Shown here: positions 48,804 through 61,600 of the stretch, piece by piece | Layout: the number at the start of each line of letters is the position of its first letter | Numbering within the stretch: position 1 is the stretch's first letter | From: a virus | IMG/VR virus record: IMGVR_UViG_3300042558_005646 | Strand: one strand, 5' to 3' | DNA length: 64,000 nt | The notes under the pieces: generated by a model | The model's input: the letters and a program-made list of their open reading frames with translations, nothing else | The model's database searches: none | Told to the model about the DNA's origin: nothing | Made by a program: the position numbers and the translations under genes

Positions 48804-50310
48804 AATTTGATATTATAAGCGGTTCAAAATTTGCAACATAATTACTTGAGCTATCTCGTAATGCTGCAGCTCCGCCATCCCCACTATAACCAACTTTGAC
48901 TATACTGTTATAATCAATTTTATTGTAAAGAGATAATTTTACATCTGTGGCAAATGTAACTCCCAAACCAACTGCTGATTTTATAGGAGTGAATTGACCA
49001 TTGATAGACACAAAAAATGTTTCGATGCCTGTTGAAGGAAGCATAGGTCTAGATCTATTTTCTGTAAATTTTAAATAAATATCTTGCCCATCTTTATCTA
49101 TATAACTATTTGATCTATCTAAAGTTGGAGCAGTTGTGTCAGTTAAATTATTGACTGCTATGATAGGACTAGAAAGTGTTGCAACTTTATTGGCATTTGA
49201 AGTTCTATCAGTTATAAAATTAGATACAGGCTGGTTATAACTTACAGACACAATATCTTCAGGGCCAAAATATGAAGACATTATCAGCGAATAAAGAGTT
49301 GTTGCAATCCCAGCATACAATAAAGCAGTTGCACCAACACTAGATATAGTTTTTGCTACACTAGAGTACGAAACTCCAAATCCAGTGGGTGATGCTGGAG
49401 TTGTAGTTGTTGACATTCTCACATAAACAATATTTCCAGAAACACCAGTACCTGTGTATGCTTGAGTAATTCTCGGTAAAAAAGTAGTGCTTGTAAGATT
49501 AGTTACTGCACTTCCAGCAAATGAAACAGCGTAAGTTAGGCCTGTACCAGTGCTATCTTTAATTTTGAAAAAATCAGATACTGGTTGAGTGTATGTAAGA
49601 GTGACTGGATTTGTTCCATCATTTACACCCAATCTTGAATTTAAGTCAAGAACTAAGACTTTACCGTTTGTAGCGCTTGTAGGGTCCAAAACATATGCGT
49701 TTGAAATTGCAATTCCAGAACCATTTTGGCTAACCGCAAAACCACTTATGCTTGAAGTTGGAAGAAGGGGTGGAGTAGCTTCTGTGTAATAAACGTAAAC
49801 TTTTGTTCCGTCTGTACTTGTAGTTGAATAATTGTATACAGGAGGGTTGGCTTCTTTGGTAAGATTTGAAATACCAACGCCTGTAAATGATGATACAAAT
49901 GATTTTTGTGTATCGTTGTCGGATAATTTTGCGACTGTGCTGCCAAAACCAGTAGCATTGTAAGATACAAAGACTGTTTGTGCAGTTAAAGCTACTCCAC
50001 TTCCATTATACGAAGAATCTACAATTCTGTTTGCATCTGATAAAATTAATTGTAATGTCTTCGGTGAACTGGCATCAACAAAAGTTGATGATGGGGTGAT
50101 TGTAGTTGCAATAGCTCCAAAATTTTTACTTACGGAAAATCTTAATTCCAAACCAGTAGCAGGCTCTAGTCCTGTGCTATCTATATCTTCAAAGTTTAAA
50201 TAAATTCTTTTACCATCAAAAGAAGTATATGATAGATTGGTCAAGCTTGTAGATATTCCAGGACTAGCGCCACTGAAAGCTATAAATGTATTTCTCAAAT
50301 TTTCACTCAT
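48793..50310 (-). CDS. Protein of four SwmB-like (cyanobacterial long-protein repeat) Ig-like domains
   Basis: Repeats [43 protein letters not shown], each followed by F.VS and ending V.VSY; DTTAPTL. Confidence 0.65.
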   Translation of the reverse strand: MSENLRNTFIAFSGASPGISTSLTNLSYTSFDGKRIYLNFEDIDSTGLEPATGLELRFSVSKNFGAIATTITPSSTFVDASSPKTLQLILSDANRIVDSSYNGSGVALTAQTVFVSYNATGFGSTVAKLSDNDTQKSFVSSFTGVGISNLTKEANPPVYNYSTTSTDGTKVYVYYTEATPPLLPTSSISGFAVSQNGSGIAISNAYVLDPTSATNGKVLVLDLNSRLGVNDGTNPVTLTYTQPVSDFFKIKDSTGTGLTYAVSFAGSAVTNLTSTTFLPRITQAYTGTGVSGNIVYVRMSTTTTPASPTGFGVSYSSVAKTISSVGATALLYAGIATTLYSLIMSSYFGPEDIVSVSYNQPVSNFITDRTSNANKVATLSSPIIAVNNLTDTTAPTLDRSNSYIDKDGQDIYLKFTENRSRPMLPSTGIETFFVSINGQFTPIKSAVGLGVTFATDVKLSLYNKIDYNSIVKVGYSGDGGAAALRDSSSNYVANFEPLIISNYGV

Positions 50311-53276
50311 TATGGGTTGATATTTCCGTAGTGTCCGCTCAAGAACAATTTGCCTTTATAACTAATTGCTGTCAACGGCCTGATAACGCCATACAGATTA
50401 TAATTACCAGCATTGTCAAAAATCTTTTTTCTTGCAAAATTGATGTCTTCTAGGTACCAACTTTCTGAATCTGATTTGTAATAGAAAATCTTGCTTTGTC
50501 TGTCGTCAGGATTTTCTGAAATTTTGTCGCTTATAAAACCATCTGTAGCACAATATAATGTTCCATCGTGATAAGTAAATAACCTAACACCACCAGTTGA
50601 AGGAAGTTTTACAGACTGATTGAAATCAACAACTTTACAATTTGTTGGGACATAAATTTCACCTATAATAAATGAAACTCCTGAGTAGCCAACCAATGAA
50701 TCTCCAGCATTGTTATCAATTTTTCCAAATTGTATAAATGGATGGTCGTAATCAAAGCTATTTGCTGTTGAATCTAAATACTTAGAGCTGTATGTGTCAA
50801 GAGAAATAAAGTTTTTCTTTTCTAAAAATGGATTTTTTTGTTGACCCAAGTAAATTTTTATATCACGGTCTTCAACTATCCATCTTATTCTTGAAAGTTT
50901 ATTATTGATATCAAAAACATCTTCAATCGATTGAATTTGAATTAAGTCAATAATAATCTCGTCAGGTCTATCAGCATTTTCAGGAAGATCTACAAATTCT
51001 ATTTGCAGCCTTCCAACAGTACCTTTCCAAATAGGCTCAATCTTGTATTGAATATAATCATCAGACGAATGCAAAGCTGTCTCAGCACTTATATTGAAAA
51101 TACCTCCATCATAAGCCCAATAAGCTTTTATTTTTCCAAGACTTAATACTTTTGACTTTGGTTTAGCTTTTACTCTAATTGAAATTACAGAATCTAAATC
51201 AACATCAATGCTTAAATTATCAACATAAATTGATGGATTTCCTGTTAAAGCGGGAATAATCTTTAGAACATATTTGTCATAAGGATCATTGAAGACATCA
51301 TAATTTGTTTCAGTTGTAGCAGATAAATTACTAACAAATTGACCAATAGTCCAAGACTGCACACTAGAGGAGACTACTCCGTTTGAAACACTATAAAATT
51401 GCCAGTCTGCTACCAATCCAGTTGTGACTAATGCTTTTTCAACAAGATTCAATCCACTAGAAAGCTTTAATGTTGATGAATTAAACTCGATTGAATATTG
51501 TCCGTAAAGATCTGCAATTTGAAAACCTTGATATCCAGAAAGTGAATTTGTAGGGATTTGTTCAGAACTATTTAATGTTGTTTCGTTTCTCAAGTCAGAT
51601 GATGTTGCAGCTTGGCTAGAATTCAAGTTGATAACTTCAGCTTCAAAAGTATAGCTTGGCTTTGTTATCAAAAAATTTCCAGATGACAGATAATCTGTGT
51701 AATTCAAAATATATCTGTTGCCAGTGTTGATGTATCCAGTTTCAATATAGAAACCGAGCTTAGTACTTCCAGAAACAATATATTGAGTAATGTTTACAAG
51801 GGATGGAGTATTATTAGCACCATTGTAAACATAAATTCCATTGAAAATACTATTTGTGCCTGAAGCAGTCTGATCTTTAAGTAGAAAAAGATCATTTACA
51901 ATCAAATCATATCCATCAAGAGAAGTAAAATTATTCCAAGTTGTTATTGATTCCCAAGATGCACATTTGACATTAATAAAATTTTGACTTGGAAGATTAT
52001 CTCGTAAAAGTTGTTCCCAATCAGATCCTTCAGAAATTTCATATAATCTAGCACCATAAGTTGTAGCTCCAGTAGAAGATCTTGTATTGCCTTTGACTAC
52101 TAAAAATTCATCAAATTGCGCTGGATTATTTTCTACATGAAATCTTGCAATTGCCACATTTTCATCATTTCTTGACAAAGTATTGTTGTCATATGAGTAA
52201 AATTGTGCTGGAGCTGGATCATTCATAAAAACTTCATCAAATAAAATTGATGTCCAACTTTCATCTATTGTTGGGTTGGAAAGTGGAACTTCAGAGTAAG
52301 ACCAAATTTCAGGCTTTTTATCAATTCCAGCTAATACTTGATTTTTACCAACGGCCAAGCATCTAACTCCAAAATCTGTTGCCTCATAATCAGTAATATT
52401 ATTTGCAATCAATGTTGAAGTTTCAAGAGTTTCAGTTTCTGTTTCCTTGACAATGACTTCCTCAGTAATTAAGTTTGTAGGCTGTGATAAAGAAATATTT
52501 AGCGATCTAGAGTATCTATGAACTTTTTTATTCAAAGCTCCAAGAAAAAGCTTGTTATAAGCAGAAACCATTGAAAGAATTCCACCTGTATTTGCTGCTA
52601 ATTCACCTAATGGGTAAACTTGTTCCCATTGACTTCCATTATATGCTGTACTTAATTTTGATCTAAATAATCTTGGTAATTGATCTGAAGCAACATACAA
52701 ATAAGGTTCAGTTTCATGTTCAAACTTATGAGAAATCATTGTAGAAGCAGAAAGATCTACACTATTGTCTTGAAGAATGAATACTGGACCACTAATATAT
52801 TCGCCATTGTAGAACCAGATTTTTCCTGATACGCCAGAAAGATAAATTCCACCATCAGAAGCAACCATAGAAGTAATTGCTCTTTCTGCTTGATTTTCAA
52901 GATCAATAATTTTTTCAAATGAGACAAGATTTGCTATATGAATTGAAGCGTAATATCTTTCCAAAACTACATTTACAATAGAACCATCTACTGGAGTTTC
53001 AAAAATAAGATAATTATTATAATCATCAACTCCATAATTTACCGAAGAGTTGACAAACAATTCATCATTTGAACTTACTTTATAAACTCTACCTAAGTCA
53101 TTTGTATTTGTGCCGACTAACTTGAATGCAGTCCCGGCAGTGTAAGCTGGATCAAGACTATCTACTAAGGAAATATTTGTAAATCTTTTCTTTGATATTC
53201 CAGAGAAGTATAATATTTTTTCGCTATCATTAGGTCCTTTCCAAGAACAACTAGCTGTAAAAATTGTCGGCACCAT
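50310..53276 (-). CDS. Large virion protein with beta-propeller and carbohydrate-binding-like segments
   Basis: 988 aa; [29 protein letters not shown] repeats; one LLKDQT..NGIY module; [12 protein letters not shown]. Confidence 0.7.
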   Translation of the reverse strand: MVPTIFTASCSWKGPNDSEKILYFSGISKKRFTNISLVDSLDPAYTAGTAFKLVGTNTNDLGRVYKVSSNDELFVNSSVNYGVDDYNNYLIFETPVDGSIVNVVLERYYASIHIANLVSFEKIIDLENQAERAITSMVASDGGIYLSGVSGKIWFYNGEYISGPVFILQDNSVDLSASTMISHKFEHETEPYLYVASDQLPRLFRSKLSTAYNGSQWEQVYPLGELAANTGGILSMVSAYNKLFLGALNKKVHRYSRSLNISLSQPTNLITEEVIVKETETETLETSTLIANNITDYEATDFGVRCLAVGKNQVLAGIDKKPEIWSYSEVPLSNPTIDESWTSILFDEVFMNDPAPAQFYSYDNNTLSRNDENVAIARFHVENNPAQFDEFLVVKGNTRSSTGATTYGARLYEISEGSDWEQLLRDNLPSQNFINVKCASWESITTWNNFTSLDGYDLIVNDLFLLKDQTASGTNSIFNGIYVYNGANNTPSLVNITQYIVSGSTKLGFYIETGYINTGNRYILNYTDYLSSGNFLITKPSYTFEAEVINLNSSQAATSSDLRNETTLNSSEQIPTNSLSGYQGFQIADLYGQYSIEFNSSTLKLSSGLNLVEKALVTTGLVADWQFYSVSNGVVSSSVQSWTIGQFVSNLSATTETNYDVFNDPYDKYVLKIIPALTGNPSIYVDNLSIDVDLDSVISIRVKAKPKSKVLSLGKIKAYWAYDGGIFNISAETALHSSDDYIQYKIEPIWKGTVGRLQIEFVDLPENADRPDEIIIDLIQIQSIEDVFDINNKLSRIRWIVEDRDIKIYLGQQKNPFLEKKNFISLDTYSSKYLDSTANSFDYDHPFIQFGKIDNNAGDSLVGYSGVSFIIGEIYVPTNCKVVDFNQSVKLPSTGGVRLFTYHDGTLYCATDGFISDKISENPDDRQSKIFYYKSDSESWYLEDINFARKKIFDNAGNYNLYGVIRPLTAISYKGKLFLSGHYGNINP

Positions 53277-56200
53277 TATACTTTTGGTCTCCTAATTGCA
53301 TTCCACTTAACTTCAGGTTGAGTTATGTTATTACCAAAATCTCTGAATTTTATTTCAACTTTCTTAACTCCATCGCTTTCGCCTGCAAAATCTACCTTGA
53401 CATATGGAGAATAAGGTATCCATTCTGACCAATCACCATTACCTGTGTCTAAAAGTCTTCTTATTTGAAAATCCTTAATACCTGTAACTATGTCAGTACC
53501 ATCTATCTTCATCCAAGATTGAGGAAGATTAGATATAATGGTTTCTTGATTGGTTTTTGGATCAAAGAAATTCACTGTTCCATAAGGTGCTTGAGTATCT
53601 ACTAGTGCTTGAGAAGTAGCAACAAAAGTTAATGGATTGGATTCTGAAATATTTCCCATGTAATCCATCAATTGAACCCAAATTTTTCTTTGTCCAGAAA
53701 ATCCAATATTTTGATTATCGAATGCTGTATTCTTTGGTCCAAGGGCATAATAATTTAAGTGACCATACAGATATAAATAGTATGAATTTTCTGTGTTGAC
53801 TATAAATTTATCCCAAGGAAGCCAAGGAGTATAATTTATAAATGAGTTATCAATTTCTTTTCCTACTCTAAAAGCAAGAATTCCAGACTCATTATCCTCT
53901 GCTTGAATAGATAACTGCACCATTCTCAAAGTAGACTCTGTAGCAACCAGAATATTAGGAACATCTCCAGAGTATAGTGGTGGATTTACATCTACTTGAG
54001 ATGGACTACTTAATTTTGTTGAATAGCTAGAAATATTTCCATGAGATACTGCTCTTACTCTATATTGAATTGAGTTTTTATGAGTCAAATTCTTAGTTTT
54101 TTCTTCATATCTAACGTGAAGTTTATGCCAAAGATTGTTTGCTCTTCTGTATCCTGAAAATTCTGCATTTTGTATGAAATCTACATCAGAAAGTTCTATT
54201 CCATTTGCTCTACCCAATGCTGAATTAAATGGAACTGTTATAGCCACCCAAATCACATCAGATTGTGTTATGTTTTGGTTCCAATCTGAATCTGCCAACT
54301 GAACTTGGATAAGATTATTATTCGGACTATTATTGAAGCCAGCTACAAATGGATTGTATAAAACAGATTTCCAAGAAGTAAGTGGATTGCTATAATCTGG
54401 CAAAGATCCTAAATTCTTAAAAAATCTTATCTTAAGTTCGTTCATTGGAAATGGTTTGTCGTATCCATTCCAATGTAGCTTGAATTCAAATAATTTTGGT
54501 TTTGTTGTTGTGATAAAGCTTGATATTTCACCAACAGTAATAGATTTAAAGAATGTAGTGCTTATAAATTTATCAACAAGATTGCCATTAAAAGTTACTT
54601 GTGATTTGTACCAATTAGTGTCTGCATTTACAGTTCCGCCAGTAATTCTTAACGGGACATTATAATTTGTGGAAGTTAAAGCAAATCCAGAAACAGACTT
54701 GACATAAACTCCATTTTCAGTATTGTCAATTTGATCTTTGACAAGAATTTTACTTCCGACTGCCAATGAAGAAAGTGCAGTGCCATCAATTGTCAAAGAT
54801 GTAATATTTGCAATTGTTATATTTGAGCCTGTTGTTGTTAAGGAGATTGTATCTGGTGTTGGTTCTACTGCTGTAAATAATAAATCAGATGTGCTCAATG
54901 TAATTGGATCTGGAGTAGAAAGATACCATTTTGTACTTGCTATTGTAAAGTCTTGTGGAATTCTAACCATCATACCTGAGTAAACTTCTGCGCTAGTATC
55001 CATTTCAGGAACTCGTGCTAATCTCCAGGTTGTTGTAGCAGTACCAACTCTTGTCTGATAATAAACTCCATTATGTGCAGTTGTTCCTTGACCAGCAACA
55101 AAAATATAATCAGTAGTCGAGGTAACGTATCCGCCATTCAAGACTAACGTTCCCGCAGTACCAGCAGAAAGCACATTTGATGAATATGTTGGTGTATTTG
55201 GTAAAGCACTGAAAGTATAATTGGTAGCATCTAGTGTAAGTTTTGGTAATGTGTTGGCTGTTTCATATTGATAATCAATTAAATCAGTCAAGCCACTTAA
55301 TAATTTCTGACCTAAATAATGTTTTGAATTTGTAGACCCTTCGTCGCTCAATAAGAATGTCTTAATTGTGCTATCGTTGTCAAATTGTTCTTTATAAAAA
55401 TTAGGAATACCAGACCATTTAAGATCTTGGAAGTAAGTAGATCCATCATTATTATAAGAACTTTTACGAACACCAAATCCAACAAAATATCCTAATCCAG
55501 ATGTGTTTGAATTAATAGGCAAAAGCATATCAACAGCACCAACAAGATTAATACCATTACCTGTTATCTCTTTGACTAATAAATAAGTGCCGGTATAAGT
55601 CTTATTCTTAAATCTACCAGTGAATGAATTTGGAAGTTGTTCAGTAATTTCAAAAACAAATTTTGTGACATCAGCTTGTGGTTGATAAGATCTTAAAACT
55701 TGTCTTCTTAATTTATTGTCTTCGCTTCTATATGAAACAGAAATTTCATTTTTTTCACCGCTAAACTTTACTAAAATTGTTGGAGCATTTAGTGGAGCAT
55801 CAGTATAAGCAAATCCATCATCACATCTTACACCGAAAGGTCTATCCCAATTTACTGTCAAGCTATTTTGAGTATGGGACCTATACGAAGACACTGAGCT
55901 GAATGCTACGTAAACATCATCTGATCCGTGCTTAAATGCAAATTCAAATCTGCTTCTGTTGCTTAGTGATGGTTTATATAATTGAAGTTCATAGTGCAAA
56001 GGAACAGAATATGAATTGGTGCTATCAAGTTTATCTACTTCATATAAAATAGAAGTGATGTTTGTAGTGAAAGTTACATCAGAAGGAGCATCAGTAAGAA
56101 CAATAAATTCTTCATTAACAGCATCATTCCATCCATATTCAATTTCAGTTACTGGAGCATTGATAAGTGAAATATCATCATTGGTACAGTCGCCAATATC

Positions 56201-57631
56201 TGCAGAGAGCTTTGACTTACCTTGAGCTAAAAATAATTCTTCAACAACTAACCCACCAGAGAATGTAGACCCAGTTGCTTGTGAAATTTGATAGCCAAAA
56301 GCACTTCCGACTGACGAACTGCCAAAAGATGCCAAGATAGCATTACCTAGCAAATAACTCTTTCTTGAAACTACTGATTGATCTAAATATGGTGTGAAAT
56401 ATGTTTCAACCATGCATAAGTTTGTAGTACCCATAGAAGAGTAATACATTTCCATCAAACCGCCAGATTGAAGCAATGGAAGAATACTATGAGGCAGAGT
56501 GGTTATTTGTTTATTTGCGCTATCTGAACCATTAATTCTAGTGTAAAGATATGCTATTGGATTATCATTATTTGGAATATCTACTCTACAAACAATTTCA
56601 TTTCCATTTGCACTAGTATCAGGAGCAGAGTAAAGTTTTAAAAATGCTTGTGATGTTACAGCAATTCCTGATGTTGTAAATGAAAATCCAGCTTGTGTGT
56701 AATAGTCTGTCTTACTTGTTGATGGTGTAAGCTTGGTTTTACTGTAGAAAAATACACCTTTGCCATAACTTGCACTAGTAAGACCAATATTTGCACCTAA
56801 TGATAAAGACGAAGCATTGTAGTTTCCATCAAAGTATCTATATGCAGTGAGTGTTGTTGATGCTATGGATGCTGATGGTATAAGAGTTCTTTTGGTAGTA
56901 TTTTTCGCTGAGTATGCATCATAAGTTCCACCAGTGTTTGAAATTTCATAAACACTAGCTACATATCTGCCTATTCCAGTTGTTTCAGTTTGAGCAGATA
57001 CTTGGTTGCCACTTACAAAAGAAAGAAGTGTATTTTTTCCAACATAACCAGATTTAGCACTTGGTATCTCTGGAAAATCAGGATTTACAGGTATTTCGCC
57101 TTCCCATCTAATCTGATCAAAAATACCATAACCCATTGGATACTCAATATCAGTACCATTTGGGCCTTCTAATATGGCTTTCATATAGACAGTAGAAAGA
57201 CCACCAGATGCGCTTAAAGGCCAGTTGTAGACCTTAAACAACCCAGTTCCACCCGCAGTAGGGGTAGCCATAGTTCCTTGGTTTAATGTATTGTCAAAGA
57301 AATAGAGTGGGTTGAGAGTGTATTCATAATCATAAGTTGGATCGAATACATAAGAGTTTGAAGGCCAAGTTTGGATTGCGACAGTTGCTACAGGATCAAA
57401 TTCTGGATCATTGGATAAATAAAGAGTTTTGATTCTGCGTAAATATGTTAATTCACGAGTGCCACTATCTCTTACTTCAAAGCTAAAAGTAAGAGTATTT
57501 CTATTATTATCAAGCGTAGGATCTTTGGAATAAGAATTACTAGTGTAAGGCTGACCTAGATTAATAAATTCAGATTGTAGATATCCGCTTGTAAGATTGT
57601 TTGGTAAAATTATTGTAACGTTATATGGCAC
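53276..57631 (-). CDS. Large virion protein with Ig-like repeats
   Basis: 1451 aa with GTG start; two NGVY modules; C-terminal repeats WVQLMDYMGNIS and EIKFRDFGNNIT. Confidence 0.7.
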   Translation of the reverse strand: MPYNVTIILPNNLTSGYLQSEFINLGQPYTSNSYSKDPTLDNNRNTLTFSFEVRDSGTRELTYLRRIKTLYLSNDPEFDPVATVAIQTWPSNSYVFDPTYDYEYTLNPLYFFDNTLNQGTMATPTAGGTGLFKVYNWPLSASGGLSTVYMKAILEGPNGTDIEYPMGYGIFDQIRWEGEIPVNPDFPEIPSAKSGYVGKNTLLSFVSGNQVSAQTETTGIGRYVASVYEISNTGGTYDAYSAKNTTKRTLIPSASIASTTLTAYRYFDGNYNASSLSLGANIGLTSASYGKGVFFYSKTKLTPSTSKTDYYTQAGFSFTTSGIAVTSQAFLKLYSAPDTSANGNEIVCRVDIPNNDNPIAYLYTRINGSDSANKQITTLPHSILPLLQSGGLMEMYYSSMGTTNLCMVETYFTPYLDQSVVSRKSYLLGNAILASFGSSSVGSAFGYQISQATGSTFSGGLVVEELFLAQGKSKLSADIGDCTNDDISLINAPVTEIEYGWNDAVNEEFIVLTDAPSDVTFTTNITSILYEVDKLDSTNSYSVPLHYELQLYKPSLSNRSRFEFAFKHGSDDVYVAFSSVSSYRSHTQNSLTVNWDRPFGVRCDDGFAYTDAPLNAPTILVKFSGEKNEISVSYRSEDNKLRRQVLRSYQPQADVTKFVFEITEQLPNSFTGRFKNKTYTGTYLLVKEITGNGINLVGAVDMLLPINSNTSGLGYFVGFGVRKSSYNNDGSTYFQDLKWSGIPNFYKEQFDNDSTIKTFLLSDEGSTNSKHYLGQKLLSGLTDLIDYQYETANTLPKLTLDATNYTFSALPNTPTYSSNVLSAGTAGTLVLNGGYVTSTTDYIFVAGQGTTAHNGVYYQTRVGTATTTWRLARVPEMDTSAEVYSGMMVRIPQDFTIASTKWYLSTPDPITLSTSDLLFTAVEPTPDTISLTTTGSNITIANITSLTIDGTALSSLAVGSKILVKDQIDNTENGVYVKSVSGFALTSTNYNVPLRITGGTVNADTNWYKSQVTFNGNLVDKFISTTFFKSITVGEISSFITTTKPKLFEFKLHWNGYDKPFPMNELKIRFFKNLGSLPDYSNPLTSWKSVLYNPFVAGFNNSPNNNLIQVQLADSDWNQNITQSDVIWVAITVPFNSALGRANGIELSDVDFIQNAEFSGYRRANNLWHKLHVRYEEKTKNLTHKNSIQYRVRAVSHGNISSYSTKLSSPSQVDVNPPLYSGDVPNILVATESTLRMVQLSIQAEDNESGILAFRVGKEIDNSFINYTPWLPWDKFIVNTENSYYLYLYGHLNYYALGPKNTAFDNQNIGFSGQRKIWVQLMDYMGNISESNPLTFVATSQALVDTQAPYGTVNFFDPKTNQETIISNLPQSWMKIDGTDIVTGIKDFQIRRLLDTGNGDWSEWIPYSPYVKVDFAGESDGVKKVEIKFRDFGNNITQPEVKWNAIRRPKV

Positions 57632-57688
57632 TTGTAACCACCGCTAAACAGGGAATATTAAAATATTCTTTGCCAGCCGTTTTGAACC

Positions 57689-58654
57689 CTATAAAAGTTG
57701 AAAATCAAACTGGAAAGGTATTGATTTTTGTACAGTTAAAGGGCAATGTACGTCGAAATACATAAATCCATCTACATAATCAATATTATTAAATCTTCCC
57801 TGTTTGTAGAAAGTGAATGATGCAGAATAGACCGAAATGTCGTTAGTTGTATCAGCAGAAACAAAATACATATCTACATAAACTGGAGCTTTGACTGTAT
57901 CCAACCCATTAGGAAGATAAACCTTGAGCTGTAATTTTGGAGATATGTCGCCAGTTGATAATGTATTTTCAATAACAGTATTACAAACAATCTTGAAATA
58001 AATTGTTTTTGAAGTTGGCCCCAATCCAGTATTGTAATAGACAATATCATCAGTTAAAGAATTTGTATCAATTAATGCTGGAACAGTTGATATAACTGGG
58101 TTTCCTTGTCTTACTGGTCTTGGAGTAGAAAAGGCAAGATCATCATAGCTTCCAATTGAAAATTCAGGCATTTTGCAAGTATCATCAATGAGAAATGAAT
58201 TAGTTGCAGTGAAAGATCTAAAACTCTGCGATTGAAAATTATTTGCAAAAGAACTTAATTCAGAAACTTTGATAGTTTGTTCTGATTTATCAAGAATGAG
58301 TAGAAGAGTATCATTTGATTCAAAACTATATTTGGTAGTTTGAAAATCAATTACATAATCTTTGTTGCCTCTTGAAAAAATAATATAATTATTGTGAATT
58401 TCTACAATTGAATCAAACTTAAACTTGACAGAAATAAATTGAATATAAGAGATAACTTTTTCAAAAGAAATTTCTAATATATTTTCTGACAATAAAATGT
58501 TAGCCACAGTTTGTTTTTTCATCAACAATCTGGCGCTTAAATCATTTTTACTAACTAAATAATTTTTGTCTGCAGAAATAAACTCAAAAGATAAATTATT
58601 TTCATCATCAATTATATTTATTATTGGTTTGTTATTATCTATTTGGATATTCAT
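57689..58654 (-). CDS. Hypothetical protein in the tail/baseplate cluster
   Basis: 321-aa ORF closely spaced with its neighbours. Confidence 0.7.
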   Translation of the reverse strand: MNIQIDNNKPIINIIDDENNLSFEFISADKNYLVSKNDLSARLLMKKQTVANILLSENILEISFEKVISYIQFISVKFKFDSIVEIHNNYIIFSRGNKDYVIDFQTTKYSFESNDTLLLILDKSEQTIKVSELSSFANNFQSQSFRSFTATNSFLIDDTCKMPEFSIGSYDDLAFSTPRPVRQGNPVISTVPALIDTNSLTDDIVYYNTGLGPTSKTIYFKIVCNTVIENTLSTGDISPKLQLKVYLPNGLDTVKAPVYVDMYFVSADTTNDISVYSASFTFYKQGRFNNIDYVDGFMYFDVHCPLTVQKSIPFQFDFQLL

Positions 58655-58657
58655 ATT

Positions 58658-61600
58658 TTATTCCGATACCAAGATGTTGTCATTTGCAATAATTCTCATA
58701 CCTTTAGGATGAAATAATTCGTTGTTATCCCCCCAAGTAGACAAAATAGTGCCTGAGTTATTTACAAGGTGCAATCTTGAATTTGCTCCATAATTTATTA
58801 CATCATCAGTAAGTGCATAAAAGTTTGATAAATCTGAAGCTGGTCCAGGCAAAGCTTTTACTACATCATTATTAAAAGTAAGCTTTGTTTCAATATATCC
58901 ATTTGAAACATTATATACTTGTAATTTTCCAGTATCATTTGAGTCTATTGCTGGGCTTCCCAATAAAACATTTCCATTAGATAATAAGTAAGCTGACCCC
59001 AATTTATTATCATAGTAATTAACTATGTCTGAACTTATAGCCCATTGTAATGTTAAGTCAGTGTCATTTTTATAGCATAGAACTGATCTTGAATGAGGTT
59101 GGGCTAATATTATCAAAGAATTTATTTCATCGTACTGAACAGACACTGGATTGTAAATATTTGCAAAATGAATGGGCCCTTGCCACAAATCTAAAATTAT
59201 GTCATCAGATTGAGCATTTGGTCCGTACATAACAGAAGAAGATATAGTTCCATCTCCATTATAGTCCGTTACTGTATTTACAGTAGTTGTAGAAACTGCT
59301 AGTCCAGCTGCAATAGAAGATGTCCCTGTTATTGATGTACTTATACCCGCAACAAATTGTTCGGTTCTGTTTACAGATGATACTGTTGATGTTGGAATCG
59401 TAGCTGATAAAATTGTATTTGTATTTATAGAAAATCCAGAGTTTGTGAAGCAGCCTTTATCAAGTCTTATCTTTTTGGTAAGCGAATTTTTAAGTGCGAC
59501 AGATAATGCACGTCCTTCAACAGTGTCATCTATAGTAAAAACATAAGTTGAAGAATTGTCAAAAATTGGATCAAAATATTCACCTGAAAGTCTAGTGTCA
59601 TCCCCTCTCACAGATATATTGTCGTAATTAATGTAAATTTTTGTCAAATCTACAAAAGATATATTCTGAGAAAATGCAATAAATATTTTTCTTGTATCTG
59701 GATTGAATGAAGCTGATAATGCTACAAAATCTCTTGACAATAATCTTAATCTTATGTTGCCTTGAATTACTTTTGTAAAATTACCATCAATATCTGTCAA
59801 AATAATTCTATCGTTTTTGGTATCACAAATTATATTTCCACCATTTGGCAAAGATTGATAATCGGATGGATTGTCCAAACCATAATTTGTTGATTTCAGG
59901 AATATTTGATTTGGAGTTAAGTAATTTCTTAAAGTCCCAGCATCTATTCCGTCTTCAACTGTTGTTTCTAAAACATTACTAGCTGCAGAAATAAGATTAT
60001 TATTTCTAAGATACACCCAATTACCTACTTTAGATGTATCGTAAATTTTTAGGTAATTTGTATCGTCTGGATTTGTAACACCATACCCAGCATTTTTATT
60101 GTAATAAACATCACTTACCCAACCAAATTTTTGATTTGAGGTGTCAGTTAAGTTTCTGTCATATGCTCTAGTAGTGGCACTGCCAACAGTTGAATAATTT
60201 ATCTTGAGATTATTAACTGTAGGTGCAAGACTTTGGAATTCATTTGAATACAAAGAAAATAATACATCAAGATATCGTCCAGTACTAGAATTGGTGTTAG
60301 GCGTAGCTATAATAACATCAGATTCGGATACTGTCTTAAAATTATAGAATAAATCTGAACTTGTGTTAGATCTACTTTGAATTGTATATTTTGTGCCTGT
60401 AGGAACATCTATATCATATTGAATTTGATTGTATTGAGTATTGATATCGCCTGAATCAAATCTCAATAAAAAATTAGCATTTTTGTAAGTGTATAAATCG
60501 TTCCAAGTAAAGACAGATGATGATTGATCGTTTGCATTTCTTCTTGCTAATACTAAAGAATCATTATTTCCTGATGGATTTATCTGAGAATCTGTTGGAG
60601 TAATAAGCTCAAATTTAATTTGCTTTTCAGCATTCCAACCTTGATCAGTGGAGAAATAAAAACCAAATCCCAAAACAGATGACTTTAGACTATTATCACC
60701 AAATGTTGATAAATTCACAGATGAATAAGTGGCAGTTGAACCAGTAAATCCGTAAGTAGTATCATCAAAAATCTTAGTATTTGTTACTGGCGAGATATAT
60801 ATAGTTGATGCACCAGTGCCAGTATTTGGTGCAAAATTTATTTGTTGATCGTACAATAATCCTGGATCAGTATTACCATTGCCAACAACAAGGAACATAT
60901 AAATTTTTCCAAGTGCTGCCCCAGTTTCGCCCAATCCAGCTGAAAAGCCAAAACCTACTTTTGAATTATAGTCAAATGATTTTGGTTGATCAAATAAAGT
61001 ATATGCAAATAAACTTGTGTCTACTTTAACTTTATTTGAAGCATATGTTGTTGTAAATACAAGTCCAGTATCCCAATTTCCAGTAGTATCAAAAATACTT
61101 GATACTGGTTGAGAAAGAGTTGTGTAGTTTAATGGTGTGTCTATAGTGAAACTACCAGTAGTCGCAGATCCCGAAATATTCACATTACTATAAAATGAAT
61201 TTACGGATGATCCCAATGAAGAAGCTACTGTTTTGGCTTGCAAGAAATCATTTTTTACAACGAATGATTTATCACCAACAAAATTGCTTGATGTTACACT
61301 TCCACTTATACCCAGTCCTGAATTGTAAGGCGCTGTATCATAAATAGTTGCCAAAGTATACTGACTAGGCACAGATGAAGTTTGTTTGAAATTTGCTGAA
61401 TTTCCAGTTGCAGCATTTGTTGATGTGTTTGGATAAATGCCTGGAACATATGTGATAGTATTTATCTGAGTAGAGTCAATAAAAGTAAATCCAACTCCAC
61501 CAGTCTTTTTCAAAGCTACTAACATTTGCAATCTATTTGCAATTGACAAATCAGACATTTTATCATTTGCATCATTATTCACAACTGCCAACAAAGCTGT

